Made by a program: the position numbers and the translations under genes. A stretch of 57,500 bases of DNA from a virus (lineage: Duplodnaviria > Caudoviricetes), in the IMG/VR virus record IMGVR_UViG_3300044252_000013, positions 1 to 57,500 of that record. The stretch is one strand, 5' to 3'. Of this stretch, positions 38,197-46,487 are shown piece by piece. Numbering within the stretch: position 1 is the first letter of the stretch; each line of letters begins with the position of its first letter. The notes under the pieces are model-generated. The model was given only the letters and a program-made list of their open reading frames with translations. It was not told the DNA's origin and searched no databases.

Positions 38197-38579
38197 GCGC
38201 GCGCCCTCCATTCGAGCAAGCCGTCCTTGTTGGGCTTCACGACCGGCGCGTGATATTCGCCGTGGCTGATGTAGTAGGCTGCGCGCCTGCGCCTGCCGTC
38301 GCACATGACGAAGCCGTTGACCCGCTCATAGAAGCCGCGATCAACTCCTTCGAGCCGGTCGAGCGCGGCGAGCATCTTGGTGTCCTTGCCGATGTCGAAA
38401 AGCTCGCCCTTCACGCGCCGCGCCTTCCTGCCGTCAGAGGGGCGCATGATCGGGAAGCCGCCGACATCGATCATCTCGAAGGTGTTGTCGGTGACCGCCT
38501 CACCGAGGTAGGTCGCCTTGGCGATGAAGCCGTGGTTGCTGCGGTTGCGTTGCAGGGTGCCGTAAACAAAAACTTTCAT
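38193..38579 (-). CDS. Gamma-glutamylcyclotransferase (GGCT/AIG2-like, YtfP type)
   Basis: KVFVYGTLQR...NH, GGFP, VKGELF...LDRLEG...YER. Confidence 0.9.
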   Translation of the reverse strand: MKVFVYGTLQRNRSNHGFIAKATYLGEAVTDNTFEMIDVGGFPIMRPSDGRKARRVKGELFDIGKDTKMLAALDRLEGVDRGFYERVNGFVMCDGRRRRAAYYISHGEYHAPVVKPNKDGLLEWRARA

Positions 38580-38629
38580 GGTCGTTCTCCGTGAGGGTGG
38601 TGCCCCGCCTTCCGGCGGGGCGGTGAGGG

Positions 38630-39418
38630 TCAGGCGACTTCGCAGACCCGGCAATCCGGGTCGGTGCAATCCCGCTCAGGCTGCGGGTAGAGGCGCGCCG
38701 CATCTTCGCGGGCGCGGCGGCGGGCGCGGCTCTGAGCGGTGCCCCGCGCGGTGCCGAGGTCGCGCTCAGCGACCGGAGCCGCCTCAGCCGGTGCCTCGCC
38801 CCAAGGCAGCCCGTAGTGATCAGCGCAGATGGGTCCGTAGCCGACCGCCGTCGAGCGGTCATCGCTGAGCGCGCGCATGCAGAAGCAGCAGGCTCCGTGA
38901 AGGTGACCGAAGGCGGCAGCCACTCCCGCCGGGTCAGCGGCGAAGGCGCGTAGTTTGTCCGCGAGGTCTGCGGGCGCTGAGCGGCTGGGAGCGAAGGAGC
39001 CGTCGAGGGTGACCCGGCCAAACCAAGTGCGCTCGTCCCGCCCGCGCTGAGCGTTGAAGTGCTTCTCGATGCCGGTCACGTTCAGCGAGCCGGGGTGAGC
39101 GGCGCGCGCTCCAGCGATGCTGACCCGGAAGCCGTCGAGGACAATCGCGGGGTACTTGAGGTGAGCGCGGGCGCGGTTGAAGAGCGCCATGATCGGGGTG
39201 AGGTCACCGACCGCTTCAGCGGCTGCTGCCGGGGCGCGAGCCGCCGGGGCAATCGCGAAGAGGCGCGTGCCGTAGGTGCCGCTGCCGAGCGGCATGCCGA
39301 GGGTGAGGGTCTGCGTCTCGCCGTTGCGCTTGGTGACGGTCAGCACCGACCCGGTGGCTGCGTTCGCTTCGGTGGTCGCGATGACCCATCGTCCGTTTAA
39401 TTGCTTGAAGGCGTTCAT
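38630..39418 (-). CDS. DUF6011-domain protein
   Basis: C-terminal GACCFCMRALSDDRSTAVGYGPICA. Confidence 0.75.
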   Translation of the reverse strand: MNAFKQLNGRWVIATTEANAATGSVLTVTKRNGETQTLTLGMPLGSGTYGTRLFAIAPAARAPAAAAEAVGDLTPIMALFNRARAHLKYPAIVLDGFRVSIAGARAAHPGSLNVTGIEKHFNAQRGRDERTWFGRVTLDGSFAPSRSAPADLADKLRAFAADPAGVAAAFGHLHGACCFCMRALSDDRSTAVGYGPICADHYGLPWGEAPAEAAPVAERDLGTARGTAQSRARRRAREDAARLYPQPERDCTDPDCRVCEVA

Positions 39419-39467
39419 GGTCTGCTCCTTGCCCCTGCTGGGCTTGTGCGGGGCGGCGGCTGCCGCT

Positions 39468-39499
39468 CCTACTGGCTCAGCCCCGCGCGGGGGCGGGGC
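39468..39499 (-). repeat. Intergenic hairpin element, copy A
   Basis: cctactggctcagccccgcgcgggggcggggc. Confidence 0.75.
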
Positions 39500-39522
39500 C
39501 GGTGCCGGGTGGCGCGTGAGGG

Positions 39523-39738
39523 TCACGCGCTCATGTAGGTCTCGCTCGTCGGGTCGAGGTAAATCGGGAGGACGTACTTGGCGGGAGCCGGGTCGACCAC
39601 TTCGCCAGCCTGATCAGCGGCGCGGCGCGCCCCGGCTTCGGTCTTGTATTCTTTGCGGCTGCGCGTGCCGCGACCGAGGTAGCTGATGTAAAAGCGGCAG
39701 CCGTCGTTCCTGATCGCTGCGGTGGTGGGGCGGGTCAT
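39523..39738 (-). CDS. Hypothetical protein
   Basis: GGAGACGACCATG start; EYKTEAGARRA. Confidence 0.65.
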   Translation of the reverse strand: MTRPTTAAIRNDGCRFYISYLGRGTRSRKEYKTEAGARRAADQAGEVVDPAPAKYVLPIYLDPTSETYMSA

Positions 39739-39777
39739 GGTCGTCTCCGTCTGTGAGCGGGTGAGCCGGGTGGCTCC

Positions 39778-39808
39778 CCTACTGCCTCAGCCCCGCGTCG
39801 GGCGGGGC
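39778..39808 (-). repeat. Intergenic hairpin element, copy B
   Basis: cctactgcctcagccccgcgtcgggcggggc, near-identical to copy A. Confidence 0.75.
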
Positions 39809-39832
39809 GTGAGGGGCGCGCTGGGCTGAGGG

Positions 39833-40201
39833 TCAGTCCATGTAGTGACCGATCACATCGGCGCTGACCGTGATCGCCGCGTCGGGGAAGCGGCTGCGCG
39901 CGAAGGCTTCCGCCTCAGCGAGGGTCGCGAATTGCGAGGCGACCGCCTGATAGTTTTTGACGACCTCATATTTGACGACCTTCATCTCGGGGATCAGGCA
40001 CTCGGCAGCCAGCCCGGTGAAGCGCCAGCCGCGAACGCTGACCTCGTCCTGCTTGCGGGTGATTTCGCCCGCGAGGGCTTTCTTGATCAGGCTGCTGGCC
40101 TTCGACTTCGAGGTGTCGAAGGGCATCGCCTCGCCGGTCAGGCTGGCGAAGTAGGCGCGCTGCTTCGGGGAGGCGCGGAATTGGCTGGGCGTGCGGGTCA
40201 T
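39833..40201 (-). CDS. Hypothetical protein
   Basis: ASPKQRAY..SL...KSKASSLI motif; GGAGCCGACCATG start. Confidence 0.7.
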   Translation of the reverse strand: MTRTPSQFRASPKQRAYFASLTGEAMPFDTSKSKASSLIKKALAGEITRKQDEVSVRGWRFTGLAAECLIPEMKVVKYEVVKNYQAVASQFATLAEAEAFARSRFPDAAITVSADVIGHYMD

Positions 40202-40253
40202 GGTCGGCTCCGGTGGTTCAGGCTGCCCCGGCGGGGCGGCTCAGCAAGGCAAT

Positions 40254-40294
40254 AACGAAGCCCACATATGGGCCTGCCTGCTCAGGATGTGAAG
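40254..40294 (-). promoter_or_regulatory. Early promoter, CTTCAC-N17-CCATAT-GTGGGCTTCGTTA
   Basis: Matches the alphaproteobacterial sigma70-like CTTGAC-N17-CTATAT with one mismatch per box; repeated at 43319-43359. Confidence 0.7.
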
Positions 40295-40513
40295 CCCCCC
40301 TTGGCATAATTCTCAAAATAAAACCGCCCCGGTTCCAGCCCCCTCAGGGGCGGCTCAGGGGCGGCTCAGGCTGCCGGGTGGGACGACCGTCCCAGTTGAC
40401 CCGCGCGGGCGCGCCCTGAGCCGCCTGTGCGGCGGGGCGGGGGCGGCTCAGCCGGGTGGCTGCCCCCGGCTGCCGGGTGGCTCAGCCGCCACCCGGCGCT
40501 GGAGGGCTTCGGC

Positions 40514-40771
40514 TCAGGCGGCAGCCGGGGCTGACCGGCGGCTCCGGTACCGGCGGCTGACCTCAGCCATCGCCAGCCCGATGAAGGGCGGGACCTCGTT
40601 GACCCGCGCCTCCCAGTTTTGAAGTGCGGTGCGTGAGCAGCCCAACGCGAGAGCGGCTTCGCGCTGCGTGAACTTCAGAGCGGCTCGCCATTCGATCAGC
40701 GCGTCGGCTGAGGTCGGCGGCGGCGGAAGTACTTCTCGCGTTGTCATGGTCAACTCCACTTCGAAAGGCAT
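40514..40771 (-). CDS. XRE-type HTH protein
   Basis: LIEWRAALKFTQREAALALGCSRTALQNWEA...IGLAMA. Confidence 0.8.
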   Translation of the reverse strand: MPFEVELTMTTREVLPPPPTSADALIEWRAALKFTQREAALALGCSRTALQNWEARVNEVPPFIGLAMAEVSRRYRSRRSAPAAA

Positions 40772-40802
40772 CCCCGGCATTCCACCGGGGCTGCGGTCTG
40801 AT

Positions 40803-41036
40803 CTACTTCGGCTGGTGACCGAAGGGCGAGAGGTCCATCGCGAGCGCCGCCATCGCGAGTGCGATGTGCTTCGGGATGGGGCGGTGACCCTGCTCCCAGT
40901 CGAGCAGTTCGCTCGCGCTGACGCCGAGGGCGTCGATGGCATCCTGAGGCTCGTAGCCCATCCGCTCACGCCATAGTTTGATCACGTCAGGCGAGATGGT
41001 CTGCGCGGGCTTCTGGCTCTTGGGTTCGTTCTTCAT
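40803..41036 (-). CDS. XRE-type HTH protein (paralogue of its neighbour)
   Basis: IKLWRERMGY...DAIDALGVS...LLDWEQG..PIPKHIALAMA. Confidence 0.8.
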   Translation of the reverse strand: MKNEPKSQKPAQTISPDVIKLWRERMGYEPQDAIDALGVSASELLDWEQGHRPIPKHIALAMAALAMDLSPFGHQPK

Positions 41037-41094
41037 GGTCGGCTCCTTATGAGGCGAGGTGCCCCCGGCGGGATTGCCGGGGGCGTTGCTCAGG

Positions 41095-41376
41095 TCAGTT
41101 CAGCGAGGCGTCGGTGACGAGCGCAATCGGCTCGCGCTGCACGGGGGCTTCGCCCGTTTCGAGGTAGCGCTTCACGTCAGCGTAGCTCTCGGTGACGACG
41201 TAGCCGCCGCCGTCCGTGAAGGTCAGCCGCGTCCCCGGCTTGCCATCGTTGCGGGGATAGAAGTTGCGGATGGCTGCGGGGTTGATGCTGACCGGAGCGG
41301 TCGGCATCGCATCGCCCTCGTCCTCACGGTAGGCGCGGGTGAGGAGCTTGGTCAGGTGGATCAGGTTCATAGTCAT
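41095..41376 (-). CDS. Hypothetical protein (FlbD-like beta motif)
   Basis: LIHLTK...PVSINP..I...TRLTF.DG..YVVTES..DV. Confidence 0.6.
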   Translation of the reverse strand: MTMNLIHLTKLLTRAYREDEGDAMPTAPVSINPAAIRNFYPRNDGKPGTRLTFTDGGGYVVTESYADVKRYLETGEAPVQREPIALVTDASLN

Positions 41377-41443
41377 AGCGTTGTCCTTTCTCGGACGTTG
41401 TGGGCTGATCAATTTCCGGGGCCAGCCCATCCCGGTCGTTCTG

Positions 41444-41472
41444 ATATGGGCAAGAACTTCTCGAAGGGGAAG
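41444..41472 (-). promoter_or_regulatory. Early promoter, CTTCCC-N17-CCATAT
   Basis: Same -10 box and 17-nt spacing as the other two copies. Confidence 0.55.
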
Positions 41473-41484
41473 TCTTACTTCACA

Positions 41485-42153
41485 TCAATCTCCGTAGGTG
41501 ATCATCGCGCGGCGGTAGAGGTCGAGGTCGAACTGCGGCTTCGTCTCCTGAGCTTTGCGCTTCAGCTTTCGCGATGCCTCGTCGGCTGCCTGAGCCGCGC
41601 GGCGTTGTTCGCTGAGCTTCTGCTTCGTCGGCTGCTTGCGAACTTCGCTGGGGCGCGGCGCGAAGGTCGGGCGACCGTTGCGGCGTAGTCGCTGGCGCTC
41701 GACATGCGAGGGCGCGTTGTCACGGTGGCTCGCTTCGAGCGCGGCGGTCAGCGTTGCCTGCGGCAGTTGGAAGTCGCGGAAGCCTTGCTTGATCACGCCG
41801 TAGTAAGTCTCGCTGGGCGGCATGATGCCTTCCGAGTTCATGACGTAAATCAGAAGGTCCTCATGGGTCACGCCGTCGAAGTCGAAGGGCGCAATCGCGA
41901 TGTACTCCTTGCGATACACTTGGCCGTCGATGCCTTCGTAATGGTCGAGCGCGGCTTCGCACTCCGGGGTGAGCTTCCAGACCGCGCCCTGCACTCCGTC
42001 ACCGGGCGAAGGGATGATGTCAGCCACTCCCCGGAAGACCAGCTTCCAGTCATCCAGCTTCATCGCGCCGACCGATTTCGCGGCGGGGCAGCGGCGAGCC
42101 ATCTGGCTCAGGTTTAAGTTTGATCCGTATGCGAAGTAGAGGGTCATGGTCAT
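41485..42153 (-). CDS. Gamma-glutamylcyclotransferase with basic C-terminal extension
   Basis: LYFAYGSNLN..QM..RCP, LVFRGVADI, V.GAVW, LDHYEG, PPS..YY..I..G. Confidence 0.92.
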   Translation of the reverse strand: MTMTLYFAYGSNLNLSQMARRCPAAKSVGAMKLDDWKLVFRGVADIIPSPGDGVQGAVWKLTPECEAALDHYEGIDGQVYRKEYIAIAPFDFDGVTHEDLLIYVMNSEGIMPPSETYYGVIKQGFRDFQLPQATLTAALEASHRDNAPSHVERQRLRRNGRPTFAPRPSEVRKQPTKQKLSEQRRAAQAADEASRKLKRKAQETKPQFDLDLYRRAMITYGD

Positions 42154-42188
42154 GGTCCTTGTCGGGTGAGGTCAGGCGGGGGCTGCCG

Positions 42189-43268
42189 TTAGGCAGCCCA
42201 TGCGATGGCGTTGTTGCTGAGGTTCGCGGTGCGCTCCGTGATGTAAGCGCGCTCCGCGTCGGTGAGGCTCAGGAGGTCAGCGAAGCCGTTGATGCTGATC
42301 ACCAGTGCGCTGGGGGTCTGCGCCTCAGCGCGGGCGGCGAAGTAGCGAACCTCACGACCCGTGCGCTGGCTCACCACCGTCAGCCCAGCCGAGCGCGCCT
42401 GAGCGGGGACGCTGACCGAAGGCCAGTTCATCTCGGCGCAAATCTCGCGGCCAGTCACGCCCTCAGCGCGCAGGAGCATCTCACCGATGCGGTGAGCCTT
42501 GGTGCCCCGGCGGGCGCGGTTCAGCGGCTGGCTGCTGACCGCCTGACCGAAGTTCAGGTCGGTGCGCTGAGCGGCCAAAACCATCTTGCGGCAAATCGAA
42601 ACCCACATCGCGGTCTTGGTCGCGTCGGTCGTACCCGAGTGCTGCCTGAACTCCACCGTGCGGTGACGGTTGAAGGCGGCGAGGTTCAGCTTGTGATAAC
42701 GCTGCTCACCCGCGCGGCTCGCGCTCCTGATCGCCTCAGCCAGCGCGCTGACGCTGTGAGCGTTGTTGATGGCGGCTGCGCTCACCGAGGCGAGGCTGCG
42801 GCAGAAAACGTTCGTTGACCGGCGGCGGCTCACCGGCATCATGCCGTCGATGATGCCCTCGTAGGCTTGGTAAATCCTGACGAGGTTCTTGAAGAAGTCG
42901 AGCGGCTGACCGGCGGCTCCGACATGGACGTGCAAGCCGCAATCCTTGCTGACCGTTGCGCCGAGGTCGGTGAGGGCGTCACAGACCGTCTTGATTTGGC
43001 GGTCACCGTTCTCGCCCGAAATGATCGGGCTGACGAACTCCGCGCCGCGCTGATAGTCACCCAGCGAGCCGTCCGTGGTGACCTTCCAAGTCGTGATGGT
43101 CTGGTGAGCGGCGTTGTAAGGAATGACCGGGCAGGGCGCGCCGAGGCGGCTGCTGACGGCAGCGGCTCCCTGTGACATGCTGGTGCCGTGCGGCAGGTAG
43201 CATTCGAACTCCAGCCCGAGGGTCAGGGCGTTCAGGCGGTCAGCGGTCGGGGCGGTCAGGGCGGTCAT
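42189..43268 (-). CDS. Putative amidoligase (COOH-NH2 ligase type 2) with DUF3489-like HTH insert
   Basis: GLEFE, WKVTTDGSL, AEFVSPI, CGLHVHVG, RYHKLNL, TVEFRQHSGT; then GTKAHRIGEMLLRAEGVT..EI...NW. Confidence 0.88.
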   Translation of the reverse strand: MTALTAPTADRLNALTLGLEFECYLPHGTSMSQGAAAVSSRLGAPCPVIPYNAAHQTITTWKVTTDGSLGDYQRGAEFVSPIISGENGDRQIKTVCDALTDLGATVSKDCGLHVHVGAAGQPLDFFKNLVRIYQAYEGIIDGMMPVSRRRSTNVFCRSLASVSAAAINNAHSVSALAEAIRSASRAGEQRYHKLNLAAFNRHRTVEFRQHSGTTDATKTAMWVSICRKMVLAAQRTDLNFGQAVSSQPLNRARRGTKAHRIGEMLLRAEGVTGREICAEMNWPSVSVPAQARSAGLTVVSQRTGREVRYFAARAEAQTPSALVISINGFADLLSLTDAERAYITERTANLSNNAIAWAA

Positions 43269-43318
43269 GGTAGGCTCCGGGTCGGTGCCCCCGGCGGGGG
43301 CGGTGAAGGCAACTCATT

Positions 43319-43359
43319 AACGAAGCCCACATATGGGCCTTTCAAAGCGGAATGTGAAG
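43319..43359 (-). promoter_or_regulatory. Early promoter, CTTCAC-N17-CCATAT-GTGGGCTTCGTTA
   Basis: Shares taacgaagcccacatatgggcct and atgtgaag with 40253-40294. Confidence 0.7.
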
Positions 43360-43401
43360 TCCTGCTTGGCAAAATAAAGCAGAAAGTTTGGAGGCTAAAT
43401 T

Positions 43402-44013
43402 ATGCCCGAAGATCAAACACTTAACCCGGAAGCCGGGATTGCCGCCGATGCCCACCCGCGCGGACCCCTGCTCACCACCGAGCAAGCCGCCCGCCTGATC
43501 ATGAAGGGCGGGGAGCGGGTCAGGCAATTGACGAAGCAGGGCTGGATCACAGCCTCAGGTCCCGCGAACGATAAGCGCTACCGATTGCTCGATGTCGTCC
43601 AAGGCTATATTCGTTTTCGAGATGACGAAGACCGGCGCGCAAATAAAACCGCCGCGCACACTCGCATCACCGACGCGCGCTCACGCGAAGTGGAGTTGAA
43701 GAACGCCCAGCGCGAAGGTCGGCTGATCGAGTTGGAAGAAGCGCTCGCGGTGATCGAAGCGGTGGTCGCTTTATTCCGACTGCAAATTTCAGGGTTACCA
43801 GCGCGGGTCACCCGTGATCTACAGTTCAGGCGAACGATAGAAACGGCTTTGCATGACATCCTTGACGCCATCGCTGATCTTGCCGCCGAGAGAGCAAAAG
43901 CTCTGGGCGCGCGTCGAGCTTCTAACGCGCCCGTCCAAACCAATGGAGCCGGATCAATGGGCGGTGACGAACAGGACGCATCCGCAGACCTCAGGCGTGC
44001 CGGGTCCGCGTGA
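43402..44013 (+). CDS. Terminase small subunit (Nu1-like)
   Basis: Winged-HTH ERVRQL...YRLLDVVQGYI, ELKNAQREG.LI, LPARV; precedes GpA. Confidence 0.85.
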   Translation: MPEDQTLNPEAGIAADAHPRGPLLTTEQAARLIMKGGERVRQLTKQGWITASGPANDKRYRLLDVVQGYIRFRDDEDRRANKTAAHTRITDARSREVELKNAQREGRLIELEEALAVIEAVVALFRLQISGLPARVTRDLQFRRTIETALHDILDAIADLAAERAKALGARRASNAPVQTNGAGSMGGDEQDASADLRRAGSA

Positions 44014-45901
44014 CCCGTATCTGACGCCGTACATTGTTGAGCCGGGGCGGATGATCGCCTCAGGAGATTACAAGCGGGTCGTTCTGGTGTTCGGCGCGCA
44101 GACCGGCAAGACCGAGTTGATGCTCGACGTTGCCGGTCAGCGCCTCGACCAACGACCGGGTCCGATTTTGTATGTCGGTCCCAACAAGCAATTCCTCAGC
44201 GAGCAGTTCGAGCCTCGCGTGATGTCGCTGCTTGATGAAGCGCCGACGCTGATGGAGAAAGTTATTCGCGGCAAGCGGATGACCAAGACCCGCAAGATGG
44301 TCGGCGGCGTCCCGTTCAGGCTCGCGCATGCCGGATCATCCAGCGCGCTGAAATCTGATCCCGCAGTACTCGCGCTGGTCGATGAGTACGACGAGATGCG
44401 CGACAACGTGAATGATCAGGGCGGGCCTCTCGGTCTGGTCGAGCGGCGCGGCGATACCTACGCCGACTTCGTTTGCGTCGTGACGTCGACCCCGAAGAAG
44501 GGGCGGGTCGGTGCCGTGCAGGACGTGACCTCAGGACTGCACTTCTGGGACGCGGCTCCGACCGAGGACATCGAAAGCCCCATCTGGCAACTCTGGCAGC
44601 AGGGCACCCGGCATCACTGGTGCTGGCCGTGCCCTCAGTGCGGCGAGTACTTCGTGCCGCGCTTCAACCTCGTTCGCTTTCCGCTGAAGGCATCGCCGCT
44701 CGAAGCGGGGCGCGAGGCGTTCATCGAATGCCCCGCCTGTCATGGCGTGATCGAGGAGCGTCACAAGGAGACGATGAATGCGAACGGGCGCTTCGTCGCT
44801 CCGGGTCAGTCGGTTGACGCCAAGGGAAACATTCATGGTGCGCCGCGAGAGAGCCTGACCGCATCCTATTGGGTGAGCGGGCTGGCCTCGCCGTTCGTCT
44901 CCACCCGTGACCGCATCTCGACGCTGGTCGAAGCCCAGCAGTCGGGCGACGACGCGATGGTGCAGCAGGCGATGAACGCGGGCTTCGGTGAACTCTACTC
45001 GCCCGGTGGCGGTGAGGTCCCCGAGTGGGTCGAGATCAAGGAGAAGTCCCGAGCCGCGACCTACAAGCGCGGCGAGGTGCCCGAGGACGTTTTGTATCTG
45101 ACGCTGGCTTGTGACGTTCAGAAGCACTCCATCCCGTGGGTGATCCGGGGCTGGGGCGCGCGCGCTTCGTCATGGCTGATCAACTACGGCTACCTCCGGG
45201 GCGAGACTGCTGAGGAGGAAATCTGGGAAGCGCTTGGTGATCTGGTCTCGACGCCCATCGACGGCATGCCGATCAAGCTCGCTTTCGTGGACAGCGGCTT
45301 CCGACCCGGCAAGACCGACACCCTTCCGATCAATCGCATCTACGAGTTCTGCCGCCGGTTCATGCGGCGGGTCCGACCGACCAAGGGCGCGTCGTCAGCG
45401 ATGCGGACCCCGCTGATCTTCTCGAAGATTGAAGTCAGCCGGAAGGATGGCAAGGCGGCGAAGTACGGGCTGGACCTCGTTCGCCTCGACACCGATCACT
45501 GGAAGTCATGGGTGCATGAGCGGCTGCGATGGCCACCCGATCACATCGGCGGCTGGCATGTGTTCAACGGCGTCGATGACGACTACTGCCATCAGCTTGT
45601 TTCGGAAGCGCGGCTGAAGCAGGCGTCGGGCAAGGTCGAGTGGGTTCAGCGAAGCCGCGACAACCACTTCTTCGACTGCGAGGCGATGCAGGCGGCGGCG
45701 GGGTACCTCCTGAACGTCCAACGCATCCCATTGCAAAAAACCCAAATCCGTCCTACGGATGGCGTCGGCAGGCAGCCGGAAACCCCACCCGAGGTAGTCG
45801 CACCACCAATCGAAGCACCGCCAATCCCATCCGCCGTTGTCGCAAGGTCAGGACGGAGAGGGGGCAGGCGCATCATTCGGTCGAACTATCTGGGGGCATG
45901 A
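43853..45901 (+). CDS. Terminase large subunit, GpA family
   Basis: AQTGKTE, VDEYD, STP, WPCPQCG..F, CDVQ, DSG, NHFFDCE. Confidence 0.95.
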   Translation: MTSLTPSLILPPREQKLWARVELLTRPSKPMEPDQWAVTNRTHPQTSGVPGPRDPYLTPYIVEPGRMIASGDYKRVVLVFGAQTGKTELMLDVAGQRLDQRPGPILYVGPNKQFLSEQFEPRVMSLLDEAPTLMEKVIRGKRMTKTRKMVGGVPFRLAHAGSSSALKSDPAVLALVDEYDEMRDNVNDQGGPLGLVERRGDTYADFVCVVTSTPKKGRVGAVQDVTSGLHFWDAAPTEDIESPIWQLWQQGTRHHWCWPCPQCGEYFVPRFNLVRFPLKASPLEAGREAFIECPACHGVIEERHKETMNANGRFVAPGQSVDAKGNIHGAPRESLTASYWVSGLASPFVSTRDRISTLVEAQQSGDDAMVQQAMNAGFGELYSPGGGEVPEWVEIKEKSRAATYKRGEVPEDVLYLTLACDVQKHSIPWVIRGWGARASSWLINYGYLRGETAEEEIWEALGDLVSTPIDGMPIKLAFVDSGFRPGKTDTLPINRIYEFCRRFMRRVRPTKGASSAMRTPLIFSKIEVSRKDGKAAKYGLDLVRLDTDHWKSWVHERLRWPPDHIGGWHVFNGVDDDYCHQLVSEARLKQASGKVEWVQRSRDNHFFDCEAMQAAAGYLLNVQRIPLQKTQIRPTDGVGRQPETPPEVVAPPIEAPPIPSAVVARSGRRGGRRIIRSNYLGA

Positions 45902-45914
45902 ATGGGACCGCCCC

Positions 45915-46487
45915 GTGCCCGAGCCAACCCGAGAACAACTTCTCGAAGAAATCAAAACGCTGAAGCAGCAGTTGGCGTCACCCGCCGCGCCAGCGATCAA
46001 TCCAACTCCGCGCCCCGCGATCAATCCCACTCCGCTCAGCCGCCCCGCGCACGGCATCAGCCCCGCTCAGCCGTTCAGCACCGCTCCGGTTCAGCAGCCG
46101 GTTCGCCCGCACGCTGAGCCGCACGACACGCCCGGTCACCATACGACCATCACCGAAACGCCCGCGCAGACCACCATCGAGACCGTCAACGTTCCGCCGA
46201 CCGCCGCTCAGTTTCCGCAGCGGGTCGCGGTGCCGCAGGGGCTTGTCAGGCGCATGGGTCGGGCGGCAACGCCGGAAGAAATCGCTGAGCAGATCAAGGG
46301 GCTGAAGACGATCATCGTCTCCGGTGTCGATAGCGCGGGCTACGGTGACAAGCGCACCGAGTTCAGGTCGCTCGCTGAGCTTCGGCAAATCCTTGGCGAC
46401 CTCGAAGAAGAGCTTGAGGACCTGCTGGGCACCGGCAGGCGCATCCGCCAGATCAGAATGACGACCGCGTGGGACAAGGGTTTGTAA
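45915..46487 (+). CDS. gpW-like head-tail joining protein with Pro-rich N-terminal extension
   Basis: C-terminal SGVDSAGYGDKRTEFRSLAELRQI; lies between TerL and portal; start uncertain. Confidence 0.7.
   Translation: MPEPTREQLLEEIKTLKQQLASPAAPAINPTPRPAINPTPLSRPAHGISPAQPFSTAPVQQPVRPHAEPHDTPGHHTTITETPAQTTIETVNVPPTAAQFPQRVAVPQGLVRRMGRAATPEEIAEQIKGLKTIIVSGVDSAGYGDKRTEFRSLAELRQILGDLEEELEDLLGTGRRIRQIRMTTAWDKGL

Noticed and set aside
39468-39808. Hammerhead ribozyme in the CTGAG hairpin elements
   Set aside because: The CUGANGA and GAAA core is not present
38580-40260. CRISPR array or integron attC array
   Set aside because: The repeats are degenerate and separated by whole genes; no cas or integrase gene and no GTTRRRY/RYYYAAC cores
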